Below, piece after piece: positions 10,386 to 21,257 of a DNA stretch of 64,000 bases. The position numbers and the translations under genes are program-made. Position 1 is the stretch's first letter. Each line of letters starts with the position of its first letter. Location: assembly GCF_003018255.1 (NCBI RefSeq), contig NZ_CP027440.1; one strand, given 5' to 3'. The notes below the pieces were generated by a model. It was not told the origin of the DNA and ran no database searches. It worked only from the letters and a program-made list of their open reading frames with translations. The DNA is from Escherichia coli (GTDB lineage: Bacteria; Pseudomonadota; Gammaproteobacteria; Enterobacterales; Enterobacteriaceae).

Positions 10386-12080
10386 TTAATTACCAGCGAC
10401 TTGTTTTGGGTTAAGTTTGGTAATATGGCCACTTTCAGTTCCTGCTGCAGGGTCGATGACCACATTAATAATGGTCGGTTTGCGCGACTGAATACCGGTG
10501 GTTAAAGCATGACGAAGTTCATCTGTCGTAGTGACGTTATAGCCAACGCCACGAAACGCATCCATTAATTTGTCATACCTTGCATGGTGCAGCAGATCCG
10601 TTGGTGATGGTGCACCAGCGCCGCTGAGATCAACACCGTCTCCTCTGTAGATGCCGCCATTATTAAAAATAACGATCGTCACCGGCAGGTTATATCGACA
10701 AATCGTTTCAATTTCCATCCCACTGAAACCAAAAGCACTATCACCTTCAATGGCAACAACCGGAGAACCAGAGGTCACGCTAGCACCGATGGCATAGCCC
10801 ATACCGATGCCCATGACACCCCAGGTGCCACAATCCAGACGACGACGTGGTTTATACATATCAATAATATTTCGTGCATTATCCAGGGTATTTGCCCCTT
10901 CATTAACTAAATAAATATCCTGGTTCTCGCGCAATACGTCGCGCACAGCACTTAATGCATTAAAGTAATTTAATGGTTGAGTATCTGTGCTTAACTTTTC
11001 ATGCATTTTTTGTGCATTTTGCTGCTTGTGGATATTTAAAATATCGCGCCATACCAGTGGAGTCGTAAATGTGTTTTGTTTCAGTTCTGCCAGCATACCT
11101 TGCATACTGGATGCAATATCGCCAACGACTGGCACAGCAATGGGGCGGTTGCTGTCAATTTCCTGCGGTTCAATATCCAGTTGAATAAACTGTGTATCTG
11201 CCGCCCATCCTTTTTTACCGTGTGCCAGTAACCAATTCAGTCGTGCACCAACAAGCATGACAACGTCAGCATTTGCCAGGGCAAACGAACGCGCAGCCGC
11301 CGCAGAAAGTGGATGCGTATCTTCGAGGATCCCTTTCGCCATAGACATTGGCAGGAATGGAATCTGGGCACTTTCAATAAATTCACGAAGCTGTTCATCC
11401 GCTTGTGAATACGCCGCGCCTTTGCCAAGGATAACTAATGGTCGTTCAGCTTTTGCTAATAGCGAAATTGCGCTAGCGACTGACTTCGGGCATGGCAATA
11501 ATGCTGGCGACGGATTTTCAACTTTTACAATCGTGGTTAACGCTTCGTCTTTTTCCATCGTCGCGGCCAGGACATTTGCTGGCAAATCAAGATAAACTCC
11601 GCCAGGGCGACCCGATACTGAGACCCGGATAGCGCGTGCCAATGCAATGCCAAGATCCTGCGGCTGATTAACGCGGAATGCTGCTTTGGCATACGGTTTT
11701 GCCGCATTCATTTGGTCCAGCTCTTCATAATCACCTTGCTGTAGGTCGACGATCGCGCGGTCGCTGGAGCCGCTAATCATGATCATCGGAAAACCATTTA
11801 CCGTTGCGTTGGCCAATGCGGTCAAACCATTGAGGAATCCTGGCGCAGAAACTGTCAGGCAGATCCCCGGTTTTTGGGTAAGAAAACCGCTTGCCGCAGC
11901 GGCATAGCCTGCCGACTGCTCATGACGAAAACCAATATAACGAATGCCTTCCGCCTGGGCATGGCGCGCCATATCCGTCACAGGAATACCTACAACACCA
12001 TAAATAGTGTCAATACCATTCTGTTTTAATGCTTCAACGATGATATGCATACCATCTGTCATTTGAAGTTGATCTGACAT
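10386..12080 (-). CDS. oxc: Oxalyl-CoA decarboxylase (thiamine-diphosphate dependent)
   Basis: 564-aa ORF with ThDP-binding motif (GDSAFGFSGMEIETICRYNLP...NN). Confidence 0.94.
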   Translation of the reverse strand: MSDQLQMTDGMHIIVEALKQNGIDTIYGVVGIPVTDMARHAQAEGIRYIGFRHEQSAGYAAAASGFLTQKPGICLTVSAPGFLNGLTALANATVNGFPMIMISGSSDRAIVDLQQGDYEELDQMNAAKPYAKAAFRVNQPQDLGIALARAIRVSVSGRPGGVYLDLPANVLAATMEKDEALTTIVKVENPSPALLPCPKSVASAISLLAKAERPLVILGKGAAYSQADEQLREFIESAQIPFLPMSMAKGILEDTHPLSAAAARSFALANADVVMLVGARLNWLLAHGKKGWAADTQFIQLDIEPQEIDSNRPIAVPVVGDIASSMQGMLAELKQNTFTTPLVWRDILNIHKQQNAQKMHEKLSTDTQPLNYFNALSAVRDVLRENQDIYLVNEGANTLDNARNIIDMYKPRRRLDCGTWGVMGIGMGYAIGASVTSGSPVVAIEGDSAFGFSGMEIETICRYNLPVTIVIFNNGGIYRGDGVDLSGAGAPSPTDLLHHARYDKLMDAFRGVGYNVTTTDELRHALTTGIQSRKPTIINVVIDPAAGTESGHITKLNPKQVAGN

Positions 12081-12133
12081 GATTAATAACCTCGAAATTT
12101 TTATAAATTGGGAGCCAGAAGCCCCCGTTAATA

Positions 12134-13384
12134 TCAGATGGCGTGGTTTTGCTTCATTGCAGCAATTTCATCGTCGCTATAACCCAGCTCCTGCAATACA
12201 GCAGCGGTATGCTCACCTAATAGCGGCGCAGCTTTAATATCCGGCGTAAAGGCAGAGAATTTCATTGGACAACCAACGGTCAGATATTTTCCACGCAACG
12301 GTTGTTCCACTTCGACAACACTACCACTTTGGCGCAAAGAGGGATCAAGTGAAATTTCTTTCATACTTAAAACCGGTGCACAAGGAATATCAAACTGAGT
12401 CAAATAGGCCACCGCTTCATGTTTATCAATAGTGACAGTGTATTTTTCGATTTCAGCAAAAATATCGAAAATATGTGGCTGTCGGGCATGGGCTGTACTG
12501 TATGCCGGATCGGTAATCCATTCTGGTTTGCCGATGGCTTTACAGGTGTTTTCCCAGTTTTGCTCCTGAATAGTGAAATAAATATAGGCGTTAGGATCGG
12601 TTTCCCAGCCTTTACATTTCAGGATCCAGCCAGGCTGACCGCCACCACCCGCATTACCACCGCGGGGAACTGCATCACCAAATGTGCCATTCGGATACTG
12701 CGGGTATTCTTCCAGATACCCCAACTTATCGAGACGCTGCTGGTCGCGTAATTTCACGCGGCAAAGGTTCAACACGGCATCCTGCATTGACATGGTGACT
12801 CGTTGCCCACGCCCCGTTTTTTCGCGATGCAGCAAAGCAGCAAGTAAACCGATCAGCAAATGCATTCCGGTGTTGCTGTCACCCAACGCTGCAGCGCTTA
12901 CCAGCGGCGGACCGTCCCAAAAACCTGTAGTAGATGCCGCGCCACCCGCTGCCTGAGCAACGTTTTCATAGGCTTTTACATTCACATAAGGCGAACACTC
13001 ATCAAACCCTTTGATCGAACCAAAAATCAGACGTGGATTGATTTCTTGAATATGCTCCCAGGTGAAGCCCATATGATCAATGGCCCCTGGATGAAAGTTC
13101 TCGACTAAGATATCAGCTTCGCGGATCAGCTTTTCCATTACCTCTTTGCCTTCCGCTGTTTTGGTATTTAATTCAATAGAACGTTTGTTACTGTTAAGCA
13201 TGGTGAAGTAAAGCGCATCGATATCAGGAATATCTCGCAGCTGGTGGCGCGTTACGTCACCAACGCCGGGACGTTCAATTTTAATGACGTCAGCGCCAAA
13301 CCAGGCCAGCATCTGAGTACAAGATGGGCCAGATTGCACACCAGTGAAATCGAGAACTTTAATTCCTTGAAGTGGAGTTGACAT
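12134..13384 (-). CDS. frc: Formyl-CoA:oxalate CoA-transferase
   Basis: 416-aa ORF, family III CoA-transferase; N-terminal [33 protein letters not shown]. Confidence 0.94.
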
Positions 13385-13635
13385 AGCAATACCTATTAGT
13401 TAATTAAATATATGTTAATTTAGCGTTTATTTAAGGCATAATGCTCTCTATAAATAATCCGCAAAATATCGTCGTAGCTGCACTCGATATTTTTAAATTC
13501 CTGTATCAAGTGCTGATAATCATTTCATCGCCACTTCCAATTCCTTTCTGCATGGTAAGTAGTGAGGACGAAAAGAAGAATATGATAAATATTGGTTCGC
13601 GGTAATCAGAGAGGGCCGCGACATTTGTGATGTTA

Positions 13636-13653
13636 TTCTTACAACTGTAAGAA
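13636..13653. promoter_or_regulatory. Perfect EvgA-consensus palindrome upstream of frc
   Basis: TTCTTACA-AC-TGTAAGAA read directly from sequence; exact match to TTCPyTACA-N2-TGTAPuGAA; about 250 bp upstream of frc start. Confidence 0.65.
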
Positions 13654-13896
13654 GCGCCGGTGATGTACAAGTAAGGGTATGATTACGCTTTTTAAAGCGT
13701 ACCATAAAACATAACATAATAAATGATTTATGATGACACGGGATTATTGCGGTTTACTTTGAAGAATATAAAATGCGAGTTTATAGCACCGCGAGCGCCA
13801 AATAATTTTATGGCCACAACCTGTCGTATTGTGGCCATAAAAAATTGTCGGCTGGAGGGAGTAAAATCCTTTACCTCAATATATTGCCTGTCAGCT

Positions 13897-14529
13897 TTAG
13901 TTCACAAACAGTGCTTCGCTATCGACGATGATTCCATCTTCCGCACCTTTAAGCGCCAGGTTTGCCTCGTAGTATTGCTTTTTATCAAGCAGTTTCTGCG
14001 CATCAGCAAGTGCATTACGAGTCTGTTTGAGCGGCATCAGATATTGGTTTTCCATTACACCAACACCGGCCAGGCGAAGCTCTTCCATTGCGCCCTTTTT
14101 ATCCCCTTTCGCCATTTTTTCGTTGGCAATTTTTATCGCGGCTTCTTTTTCGGGTGTCGCTACATAACTCTCAGAAATTCCGACAGATGCATTAATGACA
14201 ATATATTGGTCATCATTGAGATTGGTCTTTTTACCTGGCTTAGCGAACTTTGCCCATTCGGTACTGTCATCTGACAACAAAGCTGAAGCTTCATTGGTCA
14301 GTTCTTTTGCCTTTTCCGGATCGCCATGAAACAGAGCCAGGCGCGCTACCTGCACGTCACGCATCGCATATAAACCTTGTTCAGAGATACGCTCTGCTGC
14401 TGCCGTTTTCTGGGTTTGCTGAACTTGCTGAGTTTGCTGTTGTGCCGCTACCGGTGCATTATCAGCAGCCCATACAGTTGAAGATGCCAGAATTGCTGTG
14501 ACCATCGTAGCCATAATTAAACGTTTCAT
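13897..14529 (-). CDS. yfdX: Periplasmic YfdX-family protein
   Basis: 210-aa ORF with signal peptide ([21 protein letters not shown]), Q-rich linker; first gene of the yfdX-frc-oxc-yfdVE cluster. Confidence 0.9.
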   Translation of the reverse strand: MKRLIMATMVTAILASSTVWAADNAPVAAQQQTQQVQQTQKTAAAERISEQGLYAMRDVQVARLALFHGDPEKAKELTNEASALLSDDSTEWAKFAKPGKKTNLNDDQYIVINASVGISESYVATPEKEAAIKIANEKMAKGDKKGAMEELRLAGVGVMENQYLMPLKQTRNALADAQKLLDKKQYYEANLALKGAEDGIIVDSEALFVN

Positions 14530-14626
14530 ACTTACCTCATTCTTTAACAGTTTTAGAAAACGCCGCCATCATATTGGGTGAGCATGAAATGAGAAATCAG
14601 AGAGCAACGGTCATTTTGAAAGGGTT

Positions 14627-14682
14627 ATCTTACAGTTGTAGTTATTATCGCAAGAAGTATTTTAGTCTTACAATTGTAGGAA
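14627..14682. promoter_or_regulatory. Two tandem EvgA-box-like inverted repeats upstream of yfdX
   Basis: ATCTTACA-GT-TGTAGTTA (14627-14644) and GTCTTACA-AT-TGTAGGAA (14665-14682), 100-150 bp upstream of yfdX start. Confidence 0.55.
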
Positions 14683-14824
14683 TATGCTTCCTGTCACAGA
14701 GAACTATTCTTATATACCACAAAGAGATGTCATTTATTATATCGATGTAAATACTGATTAATTAAATGTAAATACAGCCATAACATCGTAGGTTCTCAGT
14801 GAACCATTTTCAGGATAACTTTCT

Positions 14825-15100
14825 ATGAAAGTAAACTTAATGATTTTTAGCTTATTTTTATTGGTCTCTATTATGGCATGCAATGTTTTTGCATTTTCCA
14901 TTTCTGGTGGTAGAAGTGAGACGAGCTATAAAGAGACAGAAAAAACGTCAGTGATGACGACAACTCATTCTACAAAACTTCAGCCATCACAGGCGATTTT
15001 GTTTAAGTTGAGAGAAGATGCGCCACCATTAAATCTCACAGAAGACATTACGCCCCCTTTTTCGACAAAGGCGAATTATCTTATTCATCCTGTGCGATAG
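14825..15100 (+). CDS. ypdI: Small secreted/lipoprotein-like protein
   Basis: 91-aa ORF with hydrophobic N-terminus (MKVNLMIFSLFLLVSIMAC); position matches ypdI. Confidence 0.75.
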   Translation: MKVNLMIFSLFLLVSIMACNVFAFSISGGRSETSYKETEKTSVMTTTHSTKLQPSQAILFKLREDAPPLNLTEDITPPFSTKANYLIHPVR

Positions 15101-15176
15101 CGTCTGTCACCTGGCAGGTGAACAATCATGCCTGATGCTGATGTGAACACCTGCCCAAATGAACCATCCTGACCCA

Positions 15177-15419
15177 CTAGCGCCTGCCATACCCCACCAT
15201 AAAGCGAATCATCAAGCCACAAGCCGGGGCAAGAAACATAAATATCCCCGTCACTAGTTCATTACCGCCAGTTAACCACATGGTGAAGTAGTAAATGAGT
15301 GCAGCGAGGATCACCATGCCGAAGAAAGAAGAGACCGCCGAGACCACGTTCAGTACCTGACCGATGTATCCGCTTACGCAGACAATACACAGGGCGAGAA
15401 ACATCCATAAATAAATCAT
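15177..15419 (-). CDS. yfdY: Small inner-membrane protein (two predicted TM helices)
   Basis: 80-aa hydrophobic ORF convergent with ypdI. Confidence 0.75.
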   Translation of the reverse strand: MIYLWMFLALCIVCVSGYIGQVLNVVSAVSSFFGMVILAALIYYFTMWLTGGNELVTGIFMFLAPACGLMIRFMVGYGRR

Positions 15420-15771
15420 AGCTCAACCTCCTGCCGCGCTAAAAAACCTGTAACTTCAGTCACTTTAATAGTAAGACAATCCTTAACCTCTGGCAATTTT
15501 TGCTAAGCATCAATGAAAACAGCACGTTAAATGCAACGCTATTGCGTGCGGAAAATTTTTTACTTTGCACGATTAATAATCAGTAGCTGAAAGCAGTCAG
15601 CCAGTGATAAAGTAGAGCCACCGCATTCATGCTCCTCGTGGTTATGTCCTGACTAGTCTTTACACTCTTTACAGGAACCATTGTCGTACATGATGGCCCA
15701 ACCAATTGAGTGTACCGCTGTCGACATGGAATCTTCTGCGATACAACAATTCGTATCTACAGAAGGTAACT

Positions 15772-16692
15772 ATGTTTCCACAATGCAAATTTTCCCGCGA
15801 GTTTCTACATCCTCGCTACTGGCTCACATGGTTTGGGCTTGGTGTACTCTGGCTTTGGGTACAGCTTCCTTATCCTGTTCTCTGCTTTCTCGGCACGCGT
15901 ATTGGCGCAATGGCGCGACCATTCCTGAAACGGCGTGAATCTATCGCCCGTAAAAACCTGGAACTTTGTTTCCCACAGCATTCTGCGGAAGAACGCGAGA
16001 AGATGATTGCCGAAAACTTTCGTTCACTCGGCATGGCGCTGGTAGAAACCGGCATGGCGTGGTTCTGGCCCGACAGTCGCGTACGTAAATGGTTTGATGT
16101 TGAAGGGTTGGATAACCTTAAACGCGCACAAATGCAAAATCGCGGCGTAATGGTTGTCGGCGTCCATTTTATGTCGCTGGAACTGGGCGGCCGCGTGATG
16201 GGACTGTGCCAACCAATGATGGCTACCTATCGTCCACATAATAATCAGCTGATGGAATGGGTGCAGACCCGTGGGCGCATGCGCTCTAACAAAGCGATGA
16301 TCGGCAGAAATAATCTGCGCGGCATTGTCGGTGCACTGAAGAAAGGTGAAGCGGTATGGTTTGCTCCCGATCAGGATTATGGTCGTAAAGGCAGCTCCTT
16401 CGCGCCGTTCTTTGCGGTGGAAAATGTCGCCACAACCAATGGTACGTATGTCCTTTCACGTCTCTCTGGCGCAGCCATGTTAACCGTAACGATGGTAAGA
16501 AAAGCAGATTACAGCGGATATCGTTTGTACATCACCCCAGAGATGGAAGGCTACCCGGCAGATGAAAATCAAGCCGCTGCCTATATGAACAAGATTATCG
16601 AAAAAGAGATCATGCGCGCACCGGAGCAGTACCTCTGGATCCACCGTCGCTTTAAAACGCGCCCGGTGGGAGAATCGTCGCTATACATTTAA
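15772..16692 (+). CDS. lpxP: Lipid A biosynthesis palmitoleoyl-ACP acyltransferase
   Basis: LpxL/HtrB-family ORF; start chosen at MFPQCKFSREFLHPRYW (306 aa) rather than upstream ATG at 15706. Confidence 0.9.
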   Translation: MFPQCKFSREFLHPRYWLTWFGLGVLWLWVQLPYPVLCFLGTRIGAMARPFLKRRESIARKNLELCFPQHSAEEREKMIAENFRSLGMALVETGMAWFWPDSRVRKWFDVEGLDNLKRAQMQNRGVMVVGVHFMSLELGGRVMGLCQPMMATYRPHNNQLMEWVQTRGRMRSNKAMIGRNNLRGIVGALKKGEAVWFAPDQDYGRKGSSFAPFFAVENVATTNGTYVLSRLSGAAMLTVTMVRKADYSGYRLYITPEMEGYPADENQAAAYMNKIIEKEIMRAPEQYLWIHRRFKTRPVGESSLYI

Positions 16693-16724
16693 CAAACTGC
16701 TCTTACTCTTTCCCTCCTCAAATC

Positions 16725-16760
16725 AGCCATAATAACCTCATGGTTTTTATGGCTTTTTTC
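16725..16760 (+). terminator. Putative intrinsic terminator after lpxP
   Basis: Stem AGCCATAA / TTATGGCT followed by TTTTTT. Confidence 0.6.
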
Positions 16761-17048
16761 TTAAGGTTTTTTCCTTCGCTGAATCTCTAATTATTACCGT
16801 CAGAAATTAAACTGTCGCCGATATGAGACACCTGTAAGTTACTAAAAGTAAATAAGAAAATGCCTCTTGTCTCGTTTCAGTTTTAGGCGTACATTAGCGC
16901 CGTCTGGAGCAGTTTAGCTCAGAATTCTGGGGTGATGCCCACGGTAAAATACAGGACTTTTAAGGTCGTTTTGCCCGGTGTCAACTCACTGTATCAGGTG
17001 TAATGAAGTCATTCAGGCGTAACAGTAATTACGCGGAGAGATGTAAAG

Positions 17049-17120
17049 TGAAATATTTCTTTATGGGCATTTCTTTTATGGTCATCGTTTGGGCCGGTAC
17101 TTTTGCCCTGATGATCTAAA
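17049..17120 (+). CDS. ypdK: Small hydrophobic membrane protein, 23 aa
   Basis: GTG-initiated ORF (V/M)KYFFMGISFMVIVWAGTFALMI, matching my recollection of the ypdK product; not in the supplied ORF track because of its length. Confidence 0.6.
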
Positions 17121-17183
17121 AGCAAACTGTGCAATGAAAAACAGGAGCCATCTGGCTCCTGTTTGCATTTCTGGCGATGGTGT

Positions 17184-18422
17184 TTATTCCGCGTTTTCGT
17201 GAATATGTTTGCTGCTGGCGGGTAGTAAACCGTCGGCACGGAACATCGCTTTAATTCCACGAATCGCCTGACGAATACGGTCGCGGTTTTCAATCAGTGC
17301 AAAGCGAACATGCGTGTCGCCGTAGTCGCCAAAGCCAATCCCCGGCGAGACACAGACCTTCGCTTCGTTCAGCAGCTTCTTGGCAAATTCCAGCGAGCCC
17401 ATGGCAGCATACGGTTCCGGGATTTTCGCCCAGACATACATCGAAGCCTTCGGCATTTCGACCATCCAGCCCGCTTCATGCAGCCCTTTTACCAGTACAT
17501 CACGGCGGCGTTTGTACTGTTCAGCAATGTCGCGCACGCACTGTTGATCGCCCTCCAGCGCCGCAATCGCTGCCACCTGCAACGGCGTAAAGGTGCCGTA
17601 ATCGTGATAGCTTTTAATACGTGCCAGCGCGCTGACCAGCGTTTTGTTGCCAACCATAAAGCCGATACGCCAGCCCGCCATGTTGTAGCTTTTCGACAGC
17701 GTAAAGAACTCGACCGCCACATCGCGTGCACCTGGCACCTGCATGATTGACGGCGCTTTCCAGCCATCGTAGACGATATCGGCATAGGCCAGGTCATGGA
17801 CCACCAGCACATCGTAGCGTTTCGCCAGCGCCACAACCTTTTCGAAGAACTCCAGCTCCACGCATTGCGCGGTTGGATTCGACGGGAAGCCGAGGATCAT
17901 CATCTTCGGTTTCGGATAACTTTCGCGAATGGCGCGTTCCAGTTCGTTGAAGAAATCGACACCTTCCACCAGCGGCACTGAGCGTACCTGCGCCCCGGCA
18001 ATCACCGCGCCGTAAATATGAATCGGGTAGCTTGGATTAGGCACCAGTACAGTGTCACCATGATCCAGCGTCGCCAGCATCAGATGCGCCAGTCCCTCTT
18101 TCGAACCAATAGTGACGATGGCTTCTGATTCCGGGTCGATCTCAATGCCGTAGCGATCCTGATACCAGCGGGAAATGGCGCGACGTAACCGCGGAATGCC
18201 GCGTGACGTGGAGTAACCATGCGTGTCCGGGCGCTGGGCCACCGTACATAATTTTTCGACGATATGCGGCGGAGTCGCACCGTCCGGGTTACCCATACTG
18301 AAATCAATAATATCTTCGCCGCGCCGACGCGCAGCCATTTTCAGTTCAGCGGTAATGTTAAAAACATAGGGCGGGAGACGATCAATGCGCGTAAAGCGAC
18401 GTTCAGGGCGAGTGTCAGCCAT
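17184..18422 (-). CDS. alaC: Glutamate-pyruvate aminotransferase (class I PLP aminotransferase)
   Basis: 412-aa ORF with PLP-lysine context ([15 protein letters not shown]). Confidence 0.93.
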   Translation of the reverse strand: MADTRPERRFTRIDRLPPYVFNITAELKMAARRRGEDIIDFSMGNPDGATPPHIVEKLCTVAQRPDTHGYSTSRGIPRLRRAISRWYQDRYGIEIDPESEAIVTIGSKEGLAHLMLATLDHGDTVLVPNPSYPIHIYGAVIAGAQVRSVPLVEGVDFFNELERAIRESYPKPKMMILGFPSNPTAQCVELEFFEKVVALAKRYDVLVVHDLAYADIVYDGWKAPSIMQVPGARDVAVEFFTLSKSYNMAGWRIGFMVGNKTLVSALARIKSYHDYGTFTPLQVAAIAALEGDQQCVRDIAEQYKRRRDVLVKGLHEAGWMVEMPKASMYVWAKIPEPYAAMGSLEFAKKLLNEAKVCVSPGIGFGDYGDTHVRFALIENRDRIRQAIRGIKAMFRADGLLPASSKHIHENAE

Positions 18423-18798
18423 AATTTCCTCAGATTAACGTTAGCGCCCGGACCGTCCGAGCGACGCTGCCACGATGGTGGCTGTTTTGAAAATAGCCTG
18501 ATTAATTTCTGTCTGTCCAGCGTTTTAGAACATTTTTATTAATGACGTTAAATGAGGAACTCTGCTTTAAAAACAGGAAATTTATCTGCGCTAACAAGAA
18601 AATTACCACCCATTTTATTAACATAATAATTTCAATAAATTTACTAACCAGAAGTGCATTATCAAGAGATGCATTGCTAATACACCATTTATCTATCAAT
18701 CCCCTTTTAAAATTGTGGTTTTTCCTCAAAAACGGCCTGCTGGTCATCAGCCTTCAGGTTACCTATCATAGAGGTTTAATCCTTATTCAGAGTCACCC

Positions 18799-20496
18799 GT
18801 GCACGAAATATTCAACATGCTGCTGGCGGTCTTCGATCGGGCAGCGTTAATGCTTATCTGCCTGTTCTTTCTCATCCGTATCCGTCTGTTTCGCGAACTG
18901 TTGCACAAGTCGGCGCACTCCCCAAAAGAGTTGCTCGCCGTTACCGCCATTTTCTCGCTGTTCGCCCTGTTCAGCACCTGGTCCGGCGTTCCTGTAGAAG
19001 GTTCGCTGGTGAACGTACGTATTATCGCGGTGATGTCAGGCGGGATTCTGTTTGGCCCGTGGGTGGGCATCATTACCGGCGTGATTGCGGGTATTCACCG
19101 TTATTTAATTGATATCGGTGGCGTGACGGCGATCCCCTGCTTTATCACCAGCATTCTGGCGGGTTGTATATCGGGCTGGATCAACCTGAAAATCCCCAAA
19201 GCACAGCGCTGGCGCGTCGGTATTCTCGGCGGCATGTTGTGTGAAACGTTGACCATGATTCTGGTGATTGTCTGGGCACCAACTACCGCATTGGGGATCG
19301 ATATCGTCTCTAAAATCGGGATTCCAATGATCCTCGGCAGCGTCTGTATCGGCTTTATTGTGTTGCTGGTACAAAGTGTTGAGGGCGAAAAAGAGGCCAG
19401 CGCCGCGCGGCAGGCCAAGCTGGCGCTGGATATCGCCAACAAAACGCTGCCGCTGTTTCGCCATGTCAATAGCGAGTCATTACGCAAGGTCTGCGAAATT
19501 ATCCGCGATGACATTCACGCTGACGCGGTGGCAATCACCAATACCGATCATGTGCTGGCCTACGTTGGCGTGGGTGAACATAACTATCAGAATGGCGATG
19601 ACTTCATTAGCCCGACTACCCGCCAGGCGATGAATTATGGAAAAATCATCATTAAAAACAATGATGAAGCCCACCGCACACCAGAGATTCATTCCATGCT
19701 GGTGATCCCATTGTGGGAGAAAGGCGTTGTGACCGGAACGCTGAAAATTTACTACTGCCACGCGCATCAGATAACCTCGTCATTACAGGAAATGGCGGTC
19801 GGTCTGTCACAAATCATCTCCACGCAACTGGAAGTTTCGCGCGCTGAGCAGCTGCGTGAAATGGCAAATAAGGCAGAGCTTCGCGCCCTGCAAAGCAAAA
19901 TTAATCCCCATTTCCTGTTTAACGCTTTGAACGCTATTTCATCGTCAATCCGTCTGAATCCGGATACCGCTCGCCAGCTGATCTTTAATCTGTCGCGTTA
20001 TCTGCGCTATAACATTGAATTAAAAGACGATGAGCAAATCGATATCAAAAAAGAGCTGTATCAAATTAAAGACTATATTGCCATTGAGCAGGCCCGCTTT
20101 GGCGACAAGCTGACGGTTATCTATGATATTGATGAAGAGGTGAATTGCTGCATTCCCAGCCTGCTGATCCAGCCGTTGGTGGAAAACGCCATTGTCCACG
20201 GTATCCAGCCTTGCAAAGGTAAAGGCGTTGTCACCATCAGCGTTGCAGAGTGCGGTAATCGGGTACGCATTGCGGTGCGGGATACCGGGCACGGCATCGA
20301 TCCAAAGGTGATTGAGCGGGTCGAAGCGAACGAAATGCCGGGCAATAAAATTGGCCTGCTGAATGTCCATCATCGCGTGAAGTTATTGTATGGCGAGGGG
20401 CTGCATATCCGCCGCCTGGAACCAGGAACGGAAATTGCGTTTTACATTCCTAACCAACGCACCCCTGTCGCCTCACAGGCTACGTTATTGCTTTGA
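18799..20496 (+). CDS. ypdA: LytS-type sensor histidine kinase
   Basis: 565-aa ORF; N-terminal multi-TM domain, GAF-like middle, His-kinase motif [10 protein letters not shown] and ATPase domain; a GTG at 18796 could be the true start. Confidence 0.9.
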
Positions 20497-20510
20497 GCCG
20501 GAGTGATATT

Positions 20511-21245
20511 GTGAAAGTCATCATTGTTGAAGACGAATTCCTGGCACAACAGGAACTGAGCTGGCTAATTAAAGAGCACAGCCAGATGGAGATTGTCGGC
20601 ACCTTTGACGACGGTCTGGACGTGTTGAAGTTTTTGCAGCATAACCGCGTCGACGCCATTTTTCTGGATATCAATATTCCGTCGCTGGATGGTGTGTTAC
20701 TGGCACAAAACATCAGCCAGTTCGCCCATAAACCGTTTATTGTGTTTATCACCGCGTGGAAAGAACATGCGGTAGAAGCGTTTGAACTGGAGGCGTTTGA
20801 CTACATTCTCAAACCGTATCAGGAGTCACGCATTACCGGGATGCTGCAAAAACTGGAAGCAGCCTGGCAGCAACAGCAGACCAGCAGTACGCCTGCCGCG
20901 ACGGTAACGCGTGAGAATGACACCATTAATCTGGTGAAAGATGAGCGAATCATCGTCACGCCAATTAACGATATCTATTACGCCGAAGCGCACGAGAAAA
21001 TGACCTTTGTCTATACGCGGCGTGAATCCTACGTAATGCCGATGAACATTACCGAATTTTGCAGCAAACTGCCGCCATCGCATTTTTTCCGCTGCCATCG
21101 CTCATTTTGTGTCAATCTGAACAAAATCCGCGAGATCGAACCGTGGTTTAATAACACCTATATTCTGCGGCTGAAAGATCTGGATTTTGAAGTGCCGGTC
21201 AGCCGCAGCAAAGTTAAAGAATTCCGCCAGTTAATGCATCTTTAA
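20511..21245 (+). CDS. ypdB: LytTR-family response regulator
   Basis: Receiver domain (KVIIVEDEF...DAIFLDINIP) plus LytTR DNA-binding domain; GTG start with GGAG 8 nt upstream; ORF-track start at 20493 uses an unlikely TTG that overlaps the ypdA stop. Confidence 0.88.
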   Translation: MKVIIVEDEFLAQQELSWLIKEHSQMEIVGTFDDGLDVLKFLQHNRVDAIFLDINIPSLDGVLLAQNISQFAHKPFIVFITAWKEHAVEAFELEAFDYILKPYQESRITGMLQKLEAAWQQQQTSSTPAATVTRENDTINLVKDERIIVTPINDIYYAEAHEKMTFVYTRRESYVMPMNITEFCSKLPPSHFFRCHRSFCVNLNKIREIEPWFNNTYILRLKDLDFEVPVSRSKVKEFRQLMHL

Positions 21246-21257
21246 TCGGGAACTTTC

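Noticed and set aside
13810-13838. 10-bp-arm hairpin downstream of yfdX considered as an intrinsic terminator
   Set aside because: No U-tract follows the hairpin on either strand; kept as an unexplained palindrome in the findings instead.
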